From Eledone cirrhosa (Eukaryota), in NCBI GenBank assembly GCA_964016885.1, contig OZ024743.1:88536001-88600000 (forward strand): a stretch of 64,000 bases of DNA, read 5' to 3'. Made by a program: the position numbers and the translations under genes. The notes under the pieces were generated by a model. The model was given only the letters and a program-made list of their open reading frames with translations, did not search any database and had not been told where the DNA came from. Position 1 is the stretch's first letter, and every line of letters begins with the position of its first letter. Shown here one piece after another: positions 12,101 through 27,100 of this stretch.

Positions 12101-15100
12101 GCAAGCAGGGAAAAGCGGACGTAAAATGATGATGATGATGATAAGCATACCTATATGTGTTTATATATATATATCAATGGCTTACCTATATATATATATA
12201 AAGTCATTGATTTTATTTTGTATAAAAAAACCCAGGTTTCTAGTAATTTTCTTCACATTGTTTTGTTAATTATACAAAAAGCCAGCAAACCTTTTAAGGC
12301 CTCACTAAAGAAGGGGTTAGATCTTGCAGGCCCTGTGACATTGGTCTTTTTAAAGTATGGTTTTACAGCCGGTTGCCTTTCCTAGCAACAACCCTTTTTT
12401 AGTTACCTCTTACACGATGCAGGGATTACATAGTCATTAAACCCAGGATGTATTTCTTATTTGTGGACTTTCTTTCGTAGTCTGCTAATTGTACTATTGC
12501 TATTTCATTCAATTGATCACTATATGCAGGGCTCTAACCCTTCTTTAATGTGTGAAAACCCCTCCCCCCCAAAAAACAATGAAAAACAGACCCAACTATT
12601 GAAATTCACTCACTTCTATATTTGTATATACAATAAAGGATTTTTACAATGACCACAGTATCAAAGTAATTATGATAAGGAGATGGCCCAATAAAAAACA
12701 AAACAAAAAAAATTGATACAAGTCTCTTCACCCCCTTTATTTATGTAACTTTATCAATCTTCATCATTGTTTTATGGTTGTTTTTCCATATTGGTATGGG
12801 CTGGACAGGTCATTACAGACTAAGTCAGTATTTCATTGGAGTTACTGCCCTATTTGACCACATCTTACTCAATATATTCCATTTGTCATGGTTTCTGTGG
12901 TTGGATGCTTTTCACAACACCAACCACTTAAGAGTCTGTTGGGCATGTATTTCATTGTGGTTCCAGTCCTAATATTTACTGGGTACATTTTATTATGACA
13001 GTAGCACTACCACTTTATACAGTATACTGGGTGCATTTTATTGTGCCATTATCACTACCACTTTATACAGTATACTGGGTGCATTTTATTATGACAGTAT
13101 CACTACCACTTTATACAGAATACTGGGTGAATTTTATTATGACACTAGCACTACCACTTTACATATTGTGCAATTTATTGTGGCACCAGCTCTACCACTT
13201 AACTGTGTACTGGATACATTGTTTTGTGACACCAGAACTTACAATACCTTTTTTAGATTAAACCAAAACAAACTCTACAAGAAAACTTTTTATATCACAT
13301 TCTCTATTGATAAGTAAATCAATATTTTAATATTATCATAATTATGAGTTTGTTTTCCATGCCTGGATGGGTTGCTTCTATTCTACATGAGTAGTCTAGG
13401 TCTCCGCTAGATCATATTTTAACTGAATTCAGTATGTATGTTCATAGTTGTCTCTATTTGATTTTAGTAATTAATTAGTGTATTTGGTTCTTCAGTTGTA
13501 GGAAATTCGATTGGCAACATTGTAACATGTACAGCTTGTGGAAAACAGTTAAACCCTTCCAAAAAAGGGGCTGTGAAAAGACATCCCAAATTAAAAGTGC
13601 TGATTTGTAAGGTAAGTTATATATCTCTCATGTAAAGACAAAAGTATTTCTCTGTATAATCATCCACCTTTATGTTTCCATCTTGGCAAGGGCTAGACAG
13701 GAGGTCTCACAGTGTCTCATTACTTAGTGATATTGCATCATATGTAGAGAAAACTCTGCTGTCTTGTATGTAGGTGTGAGTGAGAGGAGTTATTTTTTTT
13801 AATGGTTTTTATAATTAGATATCACCAATGGTACATAAACACACACACATGAATGACATCTGCAGTTTCTGTCTACTAGATTTCATTGAGAGAGCAATGG
13901 TTAAACTGAGGCTATAGTAGATGGCACTTGTCCAAGTTGCCATGCAGTGTGACTGCACCTGAAACCACATGGTGATAAAGCAAACTCCTTAACTACACAG
14001 CTATATCTGTGCCTATAATGTCAATATAACAAACTGAAATTCACTGTAATCGTATTTTTATTGGTTTGGGTTTGTTTTAAGTTTGTATTGCAGCAGCTAT
14101 ACATATATGTATAGTGATGAATGTACAGTTTGAGTATTTATTACTTCAACTTCACTATTGAAATGTATTAAGATATCATAACACCTATGTATTATTGTAA
14201 TTTCTTTGTTAGACAAATTCTCAAAACTGTTTAGAAAATCAGCTACTAGGCTATACCAATTTTATTTTACTTTATTTCTGTTCTGTTTTTGTAACCCCTA
14301 ATAATCTGAAAAGGGCTGTGAAAGTCTAATTCAAGGAATTGTTAGACTTCTTAAATCTCTTGCTATCAAAACACCTGATACTGCCCCAGGTTTTATGGTA
14401 CAAAGCTTTTTTCTAAAGTATTTACTGTATACACTCGTATAAAAGGCAAGAAATGTGTTACAAAAAAAATTTATGGTTAAATGGGGGATCAGCTTACATT
14501 CAATGTCAATATTTTGCAAATTTTCACTAGGTGCTCTGTAAATGAGGTGCTTTTGAAGTGAAATATGTTTTTTATATTTTCAAAGCTGTAAAGAAATCAT
14601 TACATAATGGAATTATGAAACAAAAACCATATTCTAAATGATACTTGAAACATTTTAAATATTAAAACTTCATAAATATATTCTCCACGCGTGAAAACTT
14701 CAAAATTGTGCCATCTAAACATGTGTTGATCAGCTGCCTCAGCTTATACAAGGGGTTTGGATATTAGCCCATTTTTTTTTGGATATAAAATAGGGGGTTG
14801 GCTTATATTCAAGTATATACGGTATATTTATCTTCAAAACTTCCATCATAATTTTATGTGAGAACCTTAGTCAAGTTATGCTCTAGACACCAGTTTAATA
14901 ATGAGAAAATTATATATAAAATGATTTAAAAATCAGGGACAGTTTGTTAGAATTATCGTAACGAAAGGGTCAAACTAATTAAAAGGAAAGAGTGCACAGA
15001 ATAATGAAAACTAAGTCTTGCACCGATTACTTTTTTGAATATTGTTAATTGTCAAAATTTTAATGATTTATTTATTGTTTGTTTTTCTCTCCAACAGAAG

Positions 15101-18100
15101 TGTTACAAGTATTACACAAGTGGTGAAATTTCTAGGGACGCTGATGGTCTAGATGAACAGTGTCGATGGTGTGGTGAAGGTGGCCGATTACTAGGCTGTG
15201 ATTTCTGTCACAATGCATTTTGCAAAGGCTGCATCCTAAGGAATTTAGGGCGGTCAGAGTTATTCATTATAACAGATGGGGGTAAGTTTATTTATCTTTC
15301 TCATCATCATCATCATCACTTTTATGTCTATGCATGGGTTAAATGGGTCGCCATGTTCTGAGGTTGGGCAGGTCAGATGACTCACTAATACTCATGTTCC
15401 ATTCTGGTCTGGTTTGTACAACTCTTTTGGTGGTACCAGCATTATCACCTTACATTGTGGGCTGGGTGCACTTTATCATGGGACTACCACTCTGCAATAC
15501 TTAGTTAGACATAAGGAGATTTAGTTGATTTCAATAGTTGAATTATAAAAACATTCCAGGTAGAGCCGCTACTTCTCCGAATTGAGAGATGACAGCTCCA
15601 ATATTATCGGCATGTGGTTAGAATGTCTCAGGAAAGAATCACTGGACAGATTTTATGGGCAAAACCAACCAGCAGGAGACCCTGAGGTAGACCCCGAGCA
15701 AGATGGTTGGATAACATCCATGAGCTTGGCTGGTCTTACTGGGGGGGGGGATCTAGCTGGATCAGTTGGAGATGGTTGCTTCTGACATGAGTGTTTGAGG
15801 AAACTGGCTTCACGACCCTCTCAGGAATAAGTGGGCAAAGAAGAATAATAATTATAAAAACTAAATATATTACATCTTGCTACATAATATAGTTGGAAGG
15901 AAGTTGCAGTAGAGGCAGGCCAAAGAAGACCTGGGCAGAAGTAGTGAACTGAAATGAGTAAAGGGAAACTGCTGGAAATAAACGTATTTAAAATGTTGAT
16001 TGATGATCAACATATGCAGCAAATTTACAGTCATATTTATGTTCTGAGTTTAAATACTAATGAGGTCAGCTTTGCCATTCAATTAAATACTAGTCACAGC
16101 CTGGCAGAATTGTTAGAGAATTGGACGTGATGCCTCACGGCATTTGTTTCAGCTCTTTTGTATTCTAAGTTCAAATCCCATTGTGATCCTCTTTAACTCG
16201 CCTATCTGGTCGTTGGCTACCTTTAGCATAGTCCACTTTATTGTAAGAATTTAGGCCAGGGATCTAGTTTGAAGATCAGTTATGGAGCCTGTAAAAAGTA
16301 GCATGGCCACTACCCTCCTCTCCTTGACTAAACAGTAAGAAAATAAATTGATATTATATTTATGTATTTATAGACCTGTAACTCTTAGTGGGGTCTTTGG
16401 GACAATGTAGCAGGCATTTTTTAAAAACCTGGTAGAGCCCCATCATCCCTTCTGCAGGTCTGAACACAGCTGATTTCTTATAGAAAAGGAGAGTGAGAGA
16501 GAAGTAAGAAAGAGATATAGAAGACTCGATCTCATTCTTAACTAGACTGGTACTTTTTTTATTGACCTTGAAAGGCTGATAGGTAAAGTTAACATAGGTG
16601 TGATTTGAACTTCAGAGCATTCAGAGAGCTCAAATGAATACTTGCAAAGATTTCTGTCTGACATTCTAACAACTCTGCTAATTTGCTGTTCGTTGTATTT
16701 AATATTTTTGTTGAAAGTTATTAATTTTCTGAAGATAGACGTTAAACGATGACGATGATTTTAGTTAATATTATATTTTATTGTTGTAGGTTCTGAAAAG
16801 TGGAAATGTTATGTTTGTGATCCTCCCAAATTAAAAGCACTAGTTGTACAGTGTAATGCGGTTTATGAATTATTGGAGGAAGAACGCAACCGAGAAAACC
16901 TAATGCAGATCAAACAAGTCAAAGCTGAAGAGAAGCAGGCATCTTCCAGTAAAAAAATAGCTGCTACATCTGTTATTCCAATTTGTGATGACAAAATGAA
17001 CATCACTGCAAAAACCCTTGACACTGTTGTTGAAAAGCTACTGGTGGCCACGACTTCTATGACTTTGATGCTAAATACATTAAAATGTGATCTGAAAGAA
17101 GCTGAAAATGTCTCAGACACTACTGGTGCTGGTGGTGGCAGTGCCACTGGTGATAAACAGACTGAAAAAGAACTGGGAGTGGTGAAGCTAAAGAAAGGTC
17201 TTGTAAAATACTTCTTAGCTCTGAAGGAGACTCTATTCACATGTGAAGTGAAGGAAGAGAAAGTGGAGAAGAAATCAAATACATCTTCATCAGGGTCGGA
17301 CAAGAAGTCTGTGGGGATGAAAAATGTGAGCAACAAAGAAAAGGGAAAGGTTGAAAAGAAACAGTCTAAATCTAGAACAACCTATTCCAGCGATGAAGGG
17401 GATTCCAAGAGTGAGAAACGAGAAAATGAAGTGGAGAAACACAAAGATTCTTCAGCTCTAAGTAAAGGGAAAAATGCTTCTAAAGCAAATAACATTTTCA
17501 GTTCAGAAACGATCTTATATGACGATGATGACAACGATGATGATGATATTGAGTTTCTTGGTGAGGGCAGGTTGGGTAATTTGTCTGATAGTGAGAAAGA
17601 CAGCAAAGAAAAATCAACTAAAAAAGAAAAATCTGTCGAAAATCGGAATTCAGAAAAAGACTGGATACTTTCGGATCCGGAAAAAAAGATCTCTGCTCAG
17701 AAGAATTCCAATGATCTCACTGAAAAGCTCTCGGATGACGAAGATATATTTGATGATGGAATAAAAAAATTAGAGGAGGATGGAGAAGAAGAGGAAGGGA
17801 AGAAGAGAGATATCAAAGACGAAGAAAGAACCCCTAAGAAAAAAGAGAAAGGTGAAGAGAGGAGTGGGAAGAAGAAAGAGAAAGAATCTGAAAGAATATT
17901 AAGGAAAAAGTCTGTTGATAAAACAGAAAGATCTGTTAGAAAGAGAGATGAGGAGAAGGTTTCTTCAAAAGACAAAGCTGAGGAAAAATCAAGGAAATCT
18001 GAGAAAAATGATGAAAAACTGTCCAAAACAAATGATAGAATTAGTAAGATTAGTGCAAAAAAAGAGGATGATGATGACAGTGATTTGTCTGTTGATGATA

Positions 18101-21100
18101 TCCCATTGATTAAACGCTCTCAGAAGACAGAAAAGAAAAGTAGTGAGGTGAAGACAGATCGTAAGAAGAAAGTTGGTAGAGAGCTTAAAATGGAAGAGGA
18201 GAAGAAATCCAGTGAGAAAACTGCTGTTAAAATGGACATTGAAAGTGATGACATTACTGAACCTATTAGTAACCATTCTGACAGTTTTCTCAGCACCAAA
18301 CAAATACCAGATCCTGAGAATGCTGCAGCACAGCTTTCTCTCTTGATGGAAATGGCAAATGAAATCTCTAAAAACCAGGGCAATGACTCTGATGATAACA
18401 ACAACAACGATGACCATGATGACGAAGATAATGGATTTGTTTACAGCAATGAAGAAGATGATGAGGATAGTTCCATCACTGCTAGTCAGAAAGCGGGTTC
18501 TGAAAACATGAAATCTGCTACAAATGTCACCTCGTCTAAATCCTTGAAAAACCAGATTCAAGACAGTGACAATGCTAGTTTTGAAAATGGCAACAGCATT
18601 GATGTTTCAAAGAAGAGTCTGTCAAGTAAAACTACCCCCAAAAAACAGAGTAATACCGGTGCTACAGATTCTGACCGTGAACCCTCCGAATCTGCTGGGG
18701 AGAAGAAACGCAGACGATCAGACAGGAAGAAATCTTCAGACGGCAAAGATAAACATAATGAGAAAGATCGTAGCAATGAGTCTGATGAGAATAATCCCCT
18801 GGATGACAGAAACGAGTCAGATAGTAATAGGAACCAGCCAAACGACAAGAAGAAAGATGAGAGCTCTGAGTCTGAGAAAGAGAGTAAGGAAAAGTCTGAG
18901 AATGAAGATGACAGTGAATTGACAACAAAGGCCAAAAAACAGAAAGAAGCGAAAAAACAAAAAGAAAACAAAAAGCTGAAAGACAAGAAAAGTGTGAAAC
19001 AAGAAAAGGATGTGAAGGTGAATGATGTGGATAATTCTGAAAATGGTGGAGATGATGATGGCAATAAGGAAGATAAAGAGAAATCTAAAGACAGCGCTGA
19101 TGATGATAACGAGGTGGCTGCCAATAATAACAGTGCTTCTGATAGTGAATCATCAGACTCAAGTGATGAGAGTGATCTTTACACCCGCAAGAAACGACGG
19201 AGTAAGAAAGGGAAGATCAAGAAAGGTTAGTCATTACTACATGGTTATTTTGTTATGTTAATAACAACACTTTACTTAGTTTTTACCACATGGTTGCTTT
19301 ATTGATATGTTATTAACAATGCTGTAGTTAGACGTTACTACATGGCTATCTTACAGCTATTTTTTTAAAACATTATAGTTAGTTTTTACTACATGGTCTT
19401 CACTTTTAGCTTTGGTGTCTTTTCACCACAATTTAACATTAATTTTTAGAATATTGGCACACTTGAAATATTTGTAGAATATAGAAGAAACCTCTTTCTT
19501 GTTCAGTTATTTCATGCATTGTTTATTACTGGAATGTAACCACATGTAAACTGTAATATAGGTTTTGGTAAACAAGCTTTTTCTAAATTATTGAGGTGCT
19601 TGGCAATTTGGGATTTTGAAAATGTAAGAATCACAAATACAGAAAGTAATTGGGATAACAGTTGATCTCTATAAACCATAGCTTAGAAAATTGCATAAAA
19701 TACCTATAAAGACGTACAGTGTTTTTAGTGGGTGGGGGATAGTCTTTGATGTTTATAATATAGAAAATGGATGTGAAATGATGAGGATAAACATTTTAAA
19801 ACAAACAGCTTAGTATTATAGAACCAGGGGTAATTTCAGGTGGTTTGGTATCATAAGGGTGAAGGGTATTTCTTTTTTATCTGTAGAATTTTGTTTGTTG
19901 CCTAATATCACATGTTCTTATTGAATGAATTTTTGTGACAACTTTTTTTATATTTTAGAACAAGATAAGGATGCCCAAACAAAAGGACGATCGAAAAAAT
20001 CCAAGGATTCCTCTTCTGAGAAAATCAAGAAAGAGGATGAAGAAAGCACACCAAAGAAACGAGAGACTCGGACTCGGTCGTGTACAGCAGCCAATAAAGA
20101 TAGGAAAGCTAAAGAGAAAAGACCACATTCTGATTCTTCCAATTATGATTCTGAACTGGAGAAAGAAATTAATAAATTGTCTCAGAAAGTTATTATTAAG
20201 AAGGCAGGAGAAAGAAAGAATAGAGGAGAGAGAACAAGGAGAAATAGAAGTAGAAAGAAAGGTTTGTATTAATATTGTTTAATTTTGTGTGCTTGTGTGT
20301 GTAATTTAACATTGTGTTTCTCTGATCGAGTGTGTGTGTATGGAGATCTGCCTTGTGTGTGTGGTCCACCTTAGGATTGAATAGCACTTTGTGTGCACTC
20401 TTTGTGGTGTTACCTTTTGGTGTGGTCTTCCTTGTATATATTGTATAATCTATGTTCTGTGTATGTCTTGTGTGTGTAGTGTGGCACAAAATATGTATGC
20501 ATGCAATGGGGGAGGAGGGAAGAAAAAAGTCTTTTGATGTTTACAATATGAAAGTGAAATGATGAGGATGAGAATAAAAATTTTAAAACATACAGCTTAG
20601 ATCATGAATCTTGGGTGATGACTGAAAGAATGTGATTGTGAATACAAGGCTGAAATGGGGTTCCTCTGAAGAGTTGATGCATAGTTTGGAGATCAGTAAC
20701 TCCAGGTAGAGTCATTACTTCTCCAAATTGATCACAGATCCGATACTATGGACATGTGGTTAGAATGTCTCAGGAAAGAATTGCTGGACAAAGTTTATGG
20801 GCAAAACCAACTGGCAGGAGACCCCAAGCAAGATGGTTGGATAACACCAATGAGCTTGGCTGGTCTCACTTGGGGATCTATCTGGATCAGTTGGAAACAG
20901 TTGCTTCTGACAGGACCTGCTGGTAGGAGTGTTTGATGACTTTGTCCCCATGACCCTCTCAGGAATAAGTGGGTGAAGAAGAGAAGCAGCAGCTTAATAG
21001 GGGTGGCTTCAAGTGATTTGGTACTCAAAGGGTTAAGGGTATTTCTTCTTAACTGTAGAATTTAGTTTGTTGCCTAATCTCCATTGTTTGTAAAGTAGTA

Positions 21101-24100
21101 AGTTTGTATTTTTATGTAATGACTTGTTTCTTGTTTTAAAGCAACTGATGGAAAGAATAAGGCAGAAGTGTCATTTTCTGATTCCTCACAAGAGTCTGAA
21201 CAGTCTTCTGATGAAGATAAATCTGCCAAAGAAGTAAGTATTAACCATGTTTCTAGTAGATGACAATTATAATACTCATTGGTTATTAATCTGATTGGTA
21301 GGGAAGAGTCTTCCACAGTTGTTTCACCCATTTAATACCAACCTGCCCTAAACTGACTCTAGTTCTAGGAAATATAACCATCCACTTTAAGAATAGTTTC
21401 TACTTAAATCAAAATTCTCAAACACTATTTGATATAAGAACCCTTTAAGTTGTCTTACAAATAACATTTTAACAATGAAATGATTCATAATTATAGTAGA
21501 TCCTTCTAAAATGTAATTGAAATGAGTATTTCATCAGAAATGCTACCATGAAATTGTTAATAATTGCTACTAAGTTGGGTAACAAACATATTTAACACAA
21601 CAATAGGATTGAGATCCTATAAGGTAGCCTTCACTGTGCTAGGAATAAGTCAAATCTCTCAAATCATACCTTACATTCTTAAAAATGGAATACCTTGTTG
21701 GATAATTTAGTATTAGATGCAATGTTTGTTCATAGCTGGAACAACTTTGATGTCTGCTAGATCAAGGTTGATCTGCAGCTATGCTACTACAATTTCTTGT
21801 GAACGAAGCTAAATTAAAAAACACACACATACATTAACTTATATACTTTTTCCTGTAATTTAAAGGAAATCTAAAATTTCTATCAGGAGTTACAGTTCCA
21901 ATACATACATACTAATCACATACATTGTATGACTTTCATTTACAGCAGGATGTTGATCAGCGTATAAAAGATGACGAGGAAGAAGCAATGACATTAGATA
22001 TGGCTGATAAGGACAAAGAGATGGTTGAAAAGGAAGGAGAGGAACAAGATGACGATGATAGCTCCGATACTGATAGCAGTGATTCAGGTATCTCATTATA
22101 TTCTCATATCTATATACCATATTTTTTGGAGTAGAAGATGCACATGCACCCTTATTTCGAGGAAAAATGTTAATATACAGCTATTCTTATACATGACTTC
22201 ATCATTTTATGTCCGCTTACCACACTTTTTCCATAGGTCTGAGACCAGATGGATAGGGGAAACCTCCTCTTACTGTATGTTCTATCCATATTTGGCAAAG
22301 TTTCTACTGTTGGATGCACTTCCTAACACCAACCACCTTATAGGGTGAACTGGGTGCATATTTTTGTGGCACCCCCTCTATCACTTTATAGAGTTCTCTG
22401 GGTGCATTGTATTATGCCACCAACACTAGAGACATTGTCACATGTTTGTCTAGACATAAGTTCTTCAAACCTCATACTGTCTCTGATTGCTAACACTGTA
22501 GCATCTGTTATAGCAGTGGTTGTACTGGTGGATGGGTATTTTGTATCGTATAACCTAAGTTTCAGTTTCTTGGGGTCATTCTTTACAACTTTGTCCCATT
22601 GTCTTGCTTGATCTCCCTCTTCCACAGGTCCCATCCACTCAAACACTTGGCACTTTTTTTTACACAACTCTTTCCCACCTTAAGCTAAGCTTCTGTGTAA
22701 TATACACATCATCATCATCATCATCATTTTTACATCCACATTTCAATGATTCCATGGCTTGGACTGGATGTTTTGAGACAATGTTTTACAATTCCTTTAG
22801 CTGCCTCTTAATGATATGCTGGGATATGGTGTATCTATTCTATAAACTGGGATGCACATGGTATCATATATATTATTACATTCAAACCTTTGATGTCAGA
22901 TTTCAAGATCAAATCTGTTTATTAAAACAAATATTGTCTCTTATACCCCGAAAATACATTAAATTCTCTTCTTACTCCTCTCCGCCTCTAGTTTTTGTCT
23001 TGATATACAATGAAGAAAGCAGTTTGTTTTAACTATTGAAATATGTCCATCTTCTCTTTTCTCAGAGATCATTACTACCAAGAAACGGAAGCGATCAGAT
23101 AAGACCAAGAAAAGTGGAGAAGAATCAGATGTACATCCAAAGAAGAAACAGAAAAGCAATCGCCTTTTACGTGCAAAACTGTCTGAATCTGGAACAGATT
23201 TATCTGGGGGTGAAAAGTAAGTTTTCAAGTGGTGGCAGTGGAGGTAGTAGCATAGTTGAATGGTTAAAATAGCTTCACAATTATTAGGTAACCATCTTGA
23301 GAAAGTGTCATTTACCATAACCTTGGGTGGATTCATGCCTTGTCACTGAAATTGGGTAGATGGAAACTGGTTGGAAGCCCATTGCATGACCTATATCTGT
23401 AAGTCAAAGGGCCAGTCTTGTTACACACTGTGTTATGCTGAATCTTCCTGAGAATTACATTAAATGTACATGTGTTTGTGGAATGCTCAGCCACTTACAC
23501 TATAATACAAGATATGTAATTCAAATGGCCAGCTTTGTCATACATTGTATTATGCTGAATCTCCCTGAGAGTTACATTGAATGTATATGTGTTTGTGGGA
23601 ATGCTCTGCCACTTGCATGTTAATTTCACAAGCAGGCTGTTCTGTTAAACAACTGCAAGACTTGTCTAAACAGAGGTCCATTCTCAGTCCATTCCACTGG
23701 TGACAGAGCTGTTAGTGTCAGATAGAAGAATATCTTGTGTTGTTAGAAAATCCACAAACACTATCATGCTCAACTCAACTCACAAACACTATCATGCTCA
23801 ACTCAAACACTATCATACCCAACTCAAATCACAAACACTATCATACCCAACTCAACTCACAAACACTATCATACCCAACTCAACTCACAAACACTATCAT
23901 ACCCAACTCAACTCAAACACTATCATGCCCAACTCAACTCAAACACTATCATGCCCAACTCAACTCAAACACTATCATGCCCAACTCAACTCACAAACAC
24001 TATCATGCCCAACTCAACTCACAAACACTATCATGCTCAACTCAACTCACAAACACTATCATGCTCAACTCAACTCACAAACACTATCATGCTCAACTCA

Positions 24101-27100
24101 CAAACACTATCATGCTCAACTCACAAACACTATCATGCTCAACTCACAAACACTATCATGCTCAACTCACAAACACTATCATGCACAACTCAACTCACAA
24201 ACACTATCATGCTCAACTCAACTCAAACACTATCATGCTCAACTCAACTCACAAACACTATCATACTCAACTCAACTCACAAACACTATCATACTCAACT
24301 CACAAACACTATCATGCTCAACTCAAATCACAAACACTATCATACCCAACTTAAATCACAAACACTATCATACCCAACTCAACTCACAAACACTATCATA
24401 CTCAACTCAACTCACAAACACTATCATACTCAACTCAACTCAACTCACAAACACTATCATACCCAACTCAACTCACAAACACTATCATGCTCAACTCACT
24501 AACACTATCATACCCAACTCAAATCACAAACACTATCATACCCAACTCAAATCACAAACACTATCATACCCAACTCAACTCAAACACTATCATACCCAAC
24601 TCAACTCAAACACTATCATACCCAACTCAACTCAAACACTATCATACTCAACTCAACTCCAACACTATCATACCCAACTCAACTCAAACACTATCATACC
24701 TAACTCTACTCACAAACACTATCATACTCAATTCAACTCACAAACACTATCATGCTCAACTCAAATCACAAACACTATCATGCTCAACTCAAATCACAAA
24801 CACTATCATACCCAACTCAACTCACAAACACTATCATACCTAACTCTACTCACAAACACTATCATACTCAACTCAACTCACAAACACTATCATGCTCAAC
24901 TCGCAAACACTATCATACTCAACTCAACTCACAAACACTATCATGCTCAACTCACAAACACTATCATACCCAACTCAAATCACAAACACTATCATACCCA
25001 ACTCAATTCACAAACACTATCATACCCAACTCAAATCACAAACACTATCATACCCAACTCAAATCACAAACACTATCATACCCAACTCAACTCACAAACA
25101 CTATCATACCCAACTCAAATCACAAACACTATCATACCCAACTCAAATCACAAACACTACCATACCCAACTCAACTCACAAACACTATCATACCCAACTC
25201 AACTCACAAACACTATCATACCCAACTCAAATCACAAACACTATCATACCCAACTCAAATCACAAACACTATCATACCCAACTCAAATCACAAACACTAT
25301 CATACCCAACTCAAATCACAAACACTATCATACCCAACTCAAATCACAAACACTATCATACCCAACTCAAATCACAAACACTATCATACCCAACTCAAAT
25401 CACAAACACTATCATACCCAACTCAAATCACAAACACTATCATACCCAACTCAAATCACAAACACTACCATACCCAACTCAACTCACAAACACTACCATA
25501 CCCAACTCAACTCACAAACACTATCATACCCAGCTCAATTCACAAACACTATCAAACTAAAAATGGAGTAATTATCAACATTCAAAGAGAGAAGACCAGC
25601 TATTTATGATAATGAAAATTTAAGTTGATGTATGTTTCATATTTCTTTTCTGTGTTATTTAGTAAAGACGATGATGACGATAAAGATGCAGAAATAGATG
25701 ATGAAGATGAAGAGGAGGAAGAAGATAGTGGCAGTGCTAGTGAAGCTTCTAGTTCTGCATCTTCAGAAGAGGAGGATGAGGATTCTGAAGATGGGAAAAA
25801 GAAGAAGAAAAAGAAGAAGAAAGCCAAAAATGACTCTGACTCTGACACCAAGTCTCGGTCATATAAAAAAGGGAAGAAAGGAAAACGCCGGAAGCGTATT
25901 AAAGCACCAAAGAATTCATCCGATTCTGATGTAAGTGTTGTTATTTTGGGTCTCTTTATTTACATTATTAGATCTAATGTACTTTTGTTGTTTAGCTTCT
26001 GCAGGTCCCTCCAATCCAGCAGTGTCCATGTCTTTTGTGTTATTTTTTCTTGGGGTGGTGCATCTAAAACTACATTATCCACTGTGTTCTTTCTTTTTTA
26101 AAACAATTTTAACTCTTTTCTTCCTACAGTGGTTTAGCAGAAAAATGGGTTTGTTAATTCAAATATTTATAGTTAATTATAATATTTATAGTACCTTTTA
26201 CTAGTGGACAGATTGTGGTGAAAATATGTAAGAAACTATAGACTTACCTTGTTAATGCAGTGTCATGTACTACAGAATGCTGAATGAGGATTTAGCTTGC
26301 TATTGTTTTTATACATTGTTAGCAGAGAGAACATCCCTTTGCAGGTTGCTATTGACTAAGGCTGGAAATTATAATTTTGATTATAATTTAAATGGGAATC
26401 AAACCTTGGCTGTAAGTTTGACTTTTCATGAGTGTACTCCAACTTTGCAACTCTCACACACACATCTATTGAGCTAGATATATATTGATCTCACCACTGG
26501 TTGACTTAGACATTTGCTGAGCTGGACACCTGCTGACTTAACCATTTGCTAACTTAGACATCTATTTTCTTAATACTGTTGTTTTTGTAGAGAGAGAGTG
26601 GTGATGATGATAAAAATTCACCTGGTGGACCAAGTAAAAGAAAGAAAATTCGTAAACTTATATCTGATAAGAAGTTGACGGATAGTACAAAAGCTGCGGC
26701 TAAAGCAGAGGAGGAACGACGTAAACGTGTCAATGAACGACAAAAGAAAGTAAGTTGACCTTTTGTATTTCAACTCCATCCCTCCCACCTCAACAGTGTC
26801 ACATCTCTTCATTACTCCCCCCTCAATAGTGTCATATCTCTTCATCACTCCCCCCCTCAATAGTGTCACATCTCTACACTGCTCTCCTCTCTACACTGTT
26901 TTTCTCTCTCTTCAGTTCAACCGAGTGATATCTGACTGTAATATTCCAGCTAAATGCCCAGTGACCAATAGGTTGGTTCTTGCCTTTGACAAAGAAGAGA
27001 AACCCATTTTAGAAGTTGCCAGTAATCTAATTACAAAGCTGAAACCCCACCAAGTTGAAGGTAAAATATTTGTATTGATTAATTTGGGGTTTAAATTGCT

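Noticed and set aside
16863-19124. Antisense Ser/Phe/Leu-rich ORFs
   Set aside because: Shadow frames of the purine-rich ATRX giant exon
23700-25609. Long ORFs (up to 623 aa) in several frames
   Set aside because: They are translations of a stop-poor minisatellite, open in multiple frames and intronic to ATRX
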